Assembly (NCBI GenBank): GCA_963763775.1
Contig: CAVXPZ010000001.1
Span: 1,184,001-1,248,000 of the forward strand
Length of the DNA: 64,000 bases
DNA from: an uncultured Chloroflexia bacterium
GTDB taxonomy: Bacteria > Chloroflexota > Limnocylindria > Limnocylindrales > CSP1-4
Direction: 5' to 3'
Of the stretch, positions 62,441-64,000 are shown one piece after another. The notes under the pieces were generated by a model. That model made no database searches, was not told where the DNA came from, and saw only the letters and a list, made by a program, of their open reading frames with translations. Each line of letters begins with the position of its first letter. The first letter of the stretch is position 1. The translations under genes and the position numbers were made by a program.

Positions 62441-63187
62441 CTACCCGATCTCGAGGTGCGCGCTGATCCCCAGATGGTCGCTGGCATAGAGGGTCGGGTC
62501 GGTCGGGTCGGGTCGGTCCCACGCCAGCCGCGCGTCGACGACCCGGACGGCGCCGCGGACCCAGATGTAGTCGAGGCAGTCGGGGTCGCCGTCGGTGTCC
62601 ATGGCGGGTGCCTGCAGGCCGGACGGCCACGTCACGGCCGGCTCACCGCCGTTGGCCTCGGCGTAGGCGGACCGGAAGCCGGCCGCGCCCATCCGGGCGT
62701 ACGTCGGCTCCTGCGGGTCGGCGTTGAAGTCGCCCACGACGATCGTCGCGTCGGCCGTGGGAGCGGCAGCCAGCCAGTCGAGCAGCGCCGCAGCCTGCCG
62801 GTCGCGCTCCGCCGCGCCGTCCACGACGTGGTGGAGGTGGGTCACGGCGACCACGACCGACGACCCGCCGGCCAGGCGGACGAGACCCCGATGCCCCGAC
62901 CGGCCGAGACCGAGGTCGAGGCGCTCCACGTCCGTCGCCTCGAGCGGCGCCTTCACGAGGAGGCTGTTGCCGTACTCCGGCCGTCCGGCCCAGCCGCGCA
63001 CCGCCGCGTAGCTCCCCTCCCCCGCGGCACCGATGAGGCGGTCCTGCCCCATGACGTACACGACCTCCTGCAGCCCGAGGAGGTCCGGCTGGAGCGCGGC
63101 CATGTCGCCGAGGATCAGCGGCAGCCGCTCCCACCAGCGGTCCGCGAGGTTGAGGATGTTGAGCGTCGCGACGTGCAGGCGATCCAT
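62441..63187 (-). CDS. Endonuclease/exonuclease/phosphatase (EEP) family protein
   Basis: ATLN, GLQEV, THL, VGDFNA, LDYI, SDH. Confidence 0.88.
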   Translation of the reverse strand: MDRLHVATLNILNLADRWWERLPLILGDMAALQPDLLGLQEVVYVMGQDRLIGAAGEGSYAAVRGWAGRPEYGNSLLVKAPLEATDVERLDLGLGRSGHRGLVRLAGGSSVVVAVTHLHHVVDGAAERDRQAAALLDWLAAAPTADATIVVGDFNADPQEPTYARMGAAGFRSAYAEANGGEPAVTWPSGLQAPAMDTDGDPDCLDYIWVRGAVRVVDARLAWDRPDPTDPTLYASDHLGISAHLEIG

Positions 63188-63204
63188 CGGACCTTCCTTT
63201 CGGG

Positions 63205-64000
63205 TCACTCCGGTTCCGTGGGGATGGGCAGCGCGAACGAGAAGGTCGACCCGGCGCCTTCATCCGACTCGACCCAGATCCGGCCATTGTGCTGTTCCAC
63301 GACGTGCCGGGCGATGGCCAGGCCGAGCCCCGTCCCGCCCGCCTCGCCACGGACGCGGGCGCGATCGACCTTGTAGAAGCGCTCGAAGATGCGCACCTGG
63401 GCGGTCTTGGGGATCCCCACTCCATGGTCCGCCACGGACGTGACCACCTCGTCGTCGGCGACGCGGACGCCGACGGTGACCACCCCGCCGTCCGGGCTGA
63501 ACTTCACGGCGTTGTGGAGCAGGTTCACCAGCACCTGGCCGAGCCTCGACTCGTCGCCGCGGACCAGGGGCACCGCCATCGGGACCTCGACGGCGAGGGT
63601 GACGCCCTGGCGGTCGGCGAACAGCCGCAGCCGTTCGGTCGTCGCCGTCGCCACGCGGATCAGGTCGACATCGTCGAGCAGGATCGGCGGCCCGCCGGTC
63701 TCGATCCGGGACAGGTCGAGCAGCTCGTTGACCATCTGGACGAGATGGCCGGTCTCGACCTCGATCTTGCCGATCCGGTCGCGCATCTTCGCCGGGATCG
63801 CCTCGCCGGCGGCATCGGCTTCGCGAGTCAGCGTCTCCGCGAGGAGGCTCACCGTGGTCAACGGCGTGCGCAGCTCGTGCGAGAGGTTGTCGATGAACTC
63901 GGCCCGGATCTGCTGGAGTCGACGCAGCTCCGAGACGTCCTCGAGCACGAGCCACAGCCCGCGGACCGGCGACCGCCTGGCGCGGACGACCAGGACCGGA
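63205..64000 (-). CDS. Sensor histidine kinase, PhoR-like (5' part outside window)
   Basis: EFIDNLSHELRTPLT H-box, NLLHNAVKFS, DHGVGI, RIFERFYKVDRAR, GTGLGLAI. Confidence 0.9.
   Translation of the reverse strand, partial: PVLVVRARRSPVRGLWLVLEDVSELRRLQQIRAEFIDNLSHELRTPLTTVSLLAETLTREADAAGEAIPAKMRDRIGKIEVETGHLVQMVNELLDLSRIETGGPPILLDDVDLIRVATATTERLRLFADRQGVTLAVEVPMAVPLVRGDESRLGQVLVNLLHNAVKFSPDGGVVTVGVRVADDEVVTSVADHGVGIPKTAQVRIFERFYKVDRARVRGEAGGTGLGLAIARHVVEQHNGRIWVESDEGAGSTFSFALPIPTEPE

Overview
Very GC-rich bacterial chromosomal DNA. Gene content and style suggest a monoderm soil or freshwater lineage such as Chloroflexota, but this is inference and no marker gene is present. About 60 genes are densely packed, with no rRNA, tRNA, cas, integrase or transposase seen. 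At least 12 otherwise intact genes carry single-base frameshifts, which looks like long-read indel error. Left to right: add, a class III cyclase, argH; a galactoside locus (galT, DeoR regulator, sugar ABC importer, GH36, GH2, MFS); DMT and ABC exporters; a long plus short aldehyde dehydrogenase pair; a MepA-like murein peptidase; pfkB; a four-gene methyltransferase / FAD oxidoreductase / SRPBCC cyclase / ketosynthase cluster; MerR plus MFS; DUF885, deoC, S9 peptidase; an apparently dead DNA-ligase-like domain; a NatAB-like ABC exporter; a P-type ATPase. The last ~20 kb is a phosphate/polyphosphate/arsenic supercluster: ppk1, CYTH-acidic linker-CHAD, ppx, a histone-H1/AlgP/PhaF-like protein, crcB, DUF190-GNAT, a pseudo-receiver PhoB-like regulator, pstSCAB-phoU-arsC, sixA, an ars module, GDPD, EEP phosphatase and phoR. 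The most striking unexplained signals are: (1) a non-coding array of four 19-bp palindromes at 73/73/72-bp period with unique spacers (49280-49516), plus a second palindrome array of different sequence at 30203-30340; (2) a candidate polyphosphate-granule organising module; (3) a ligase pseudoenzyme; (4) a ketosynthase/cyclase cluster with no ACP or CLF; (5) an Asp-less PhoB-like regulator flanked by two 11-bp-phased Pho-box arrays.
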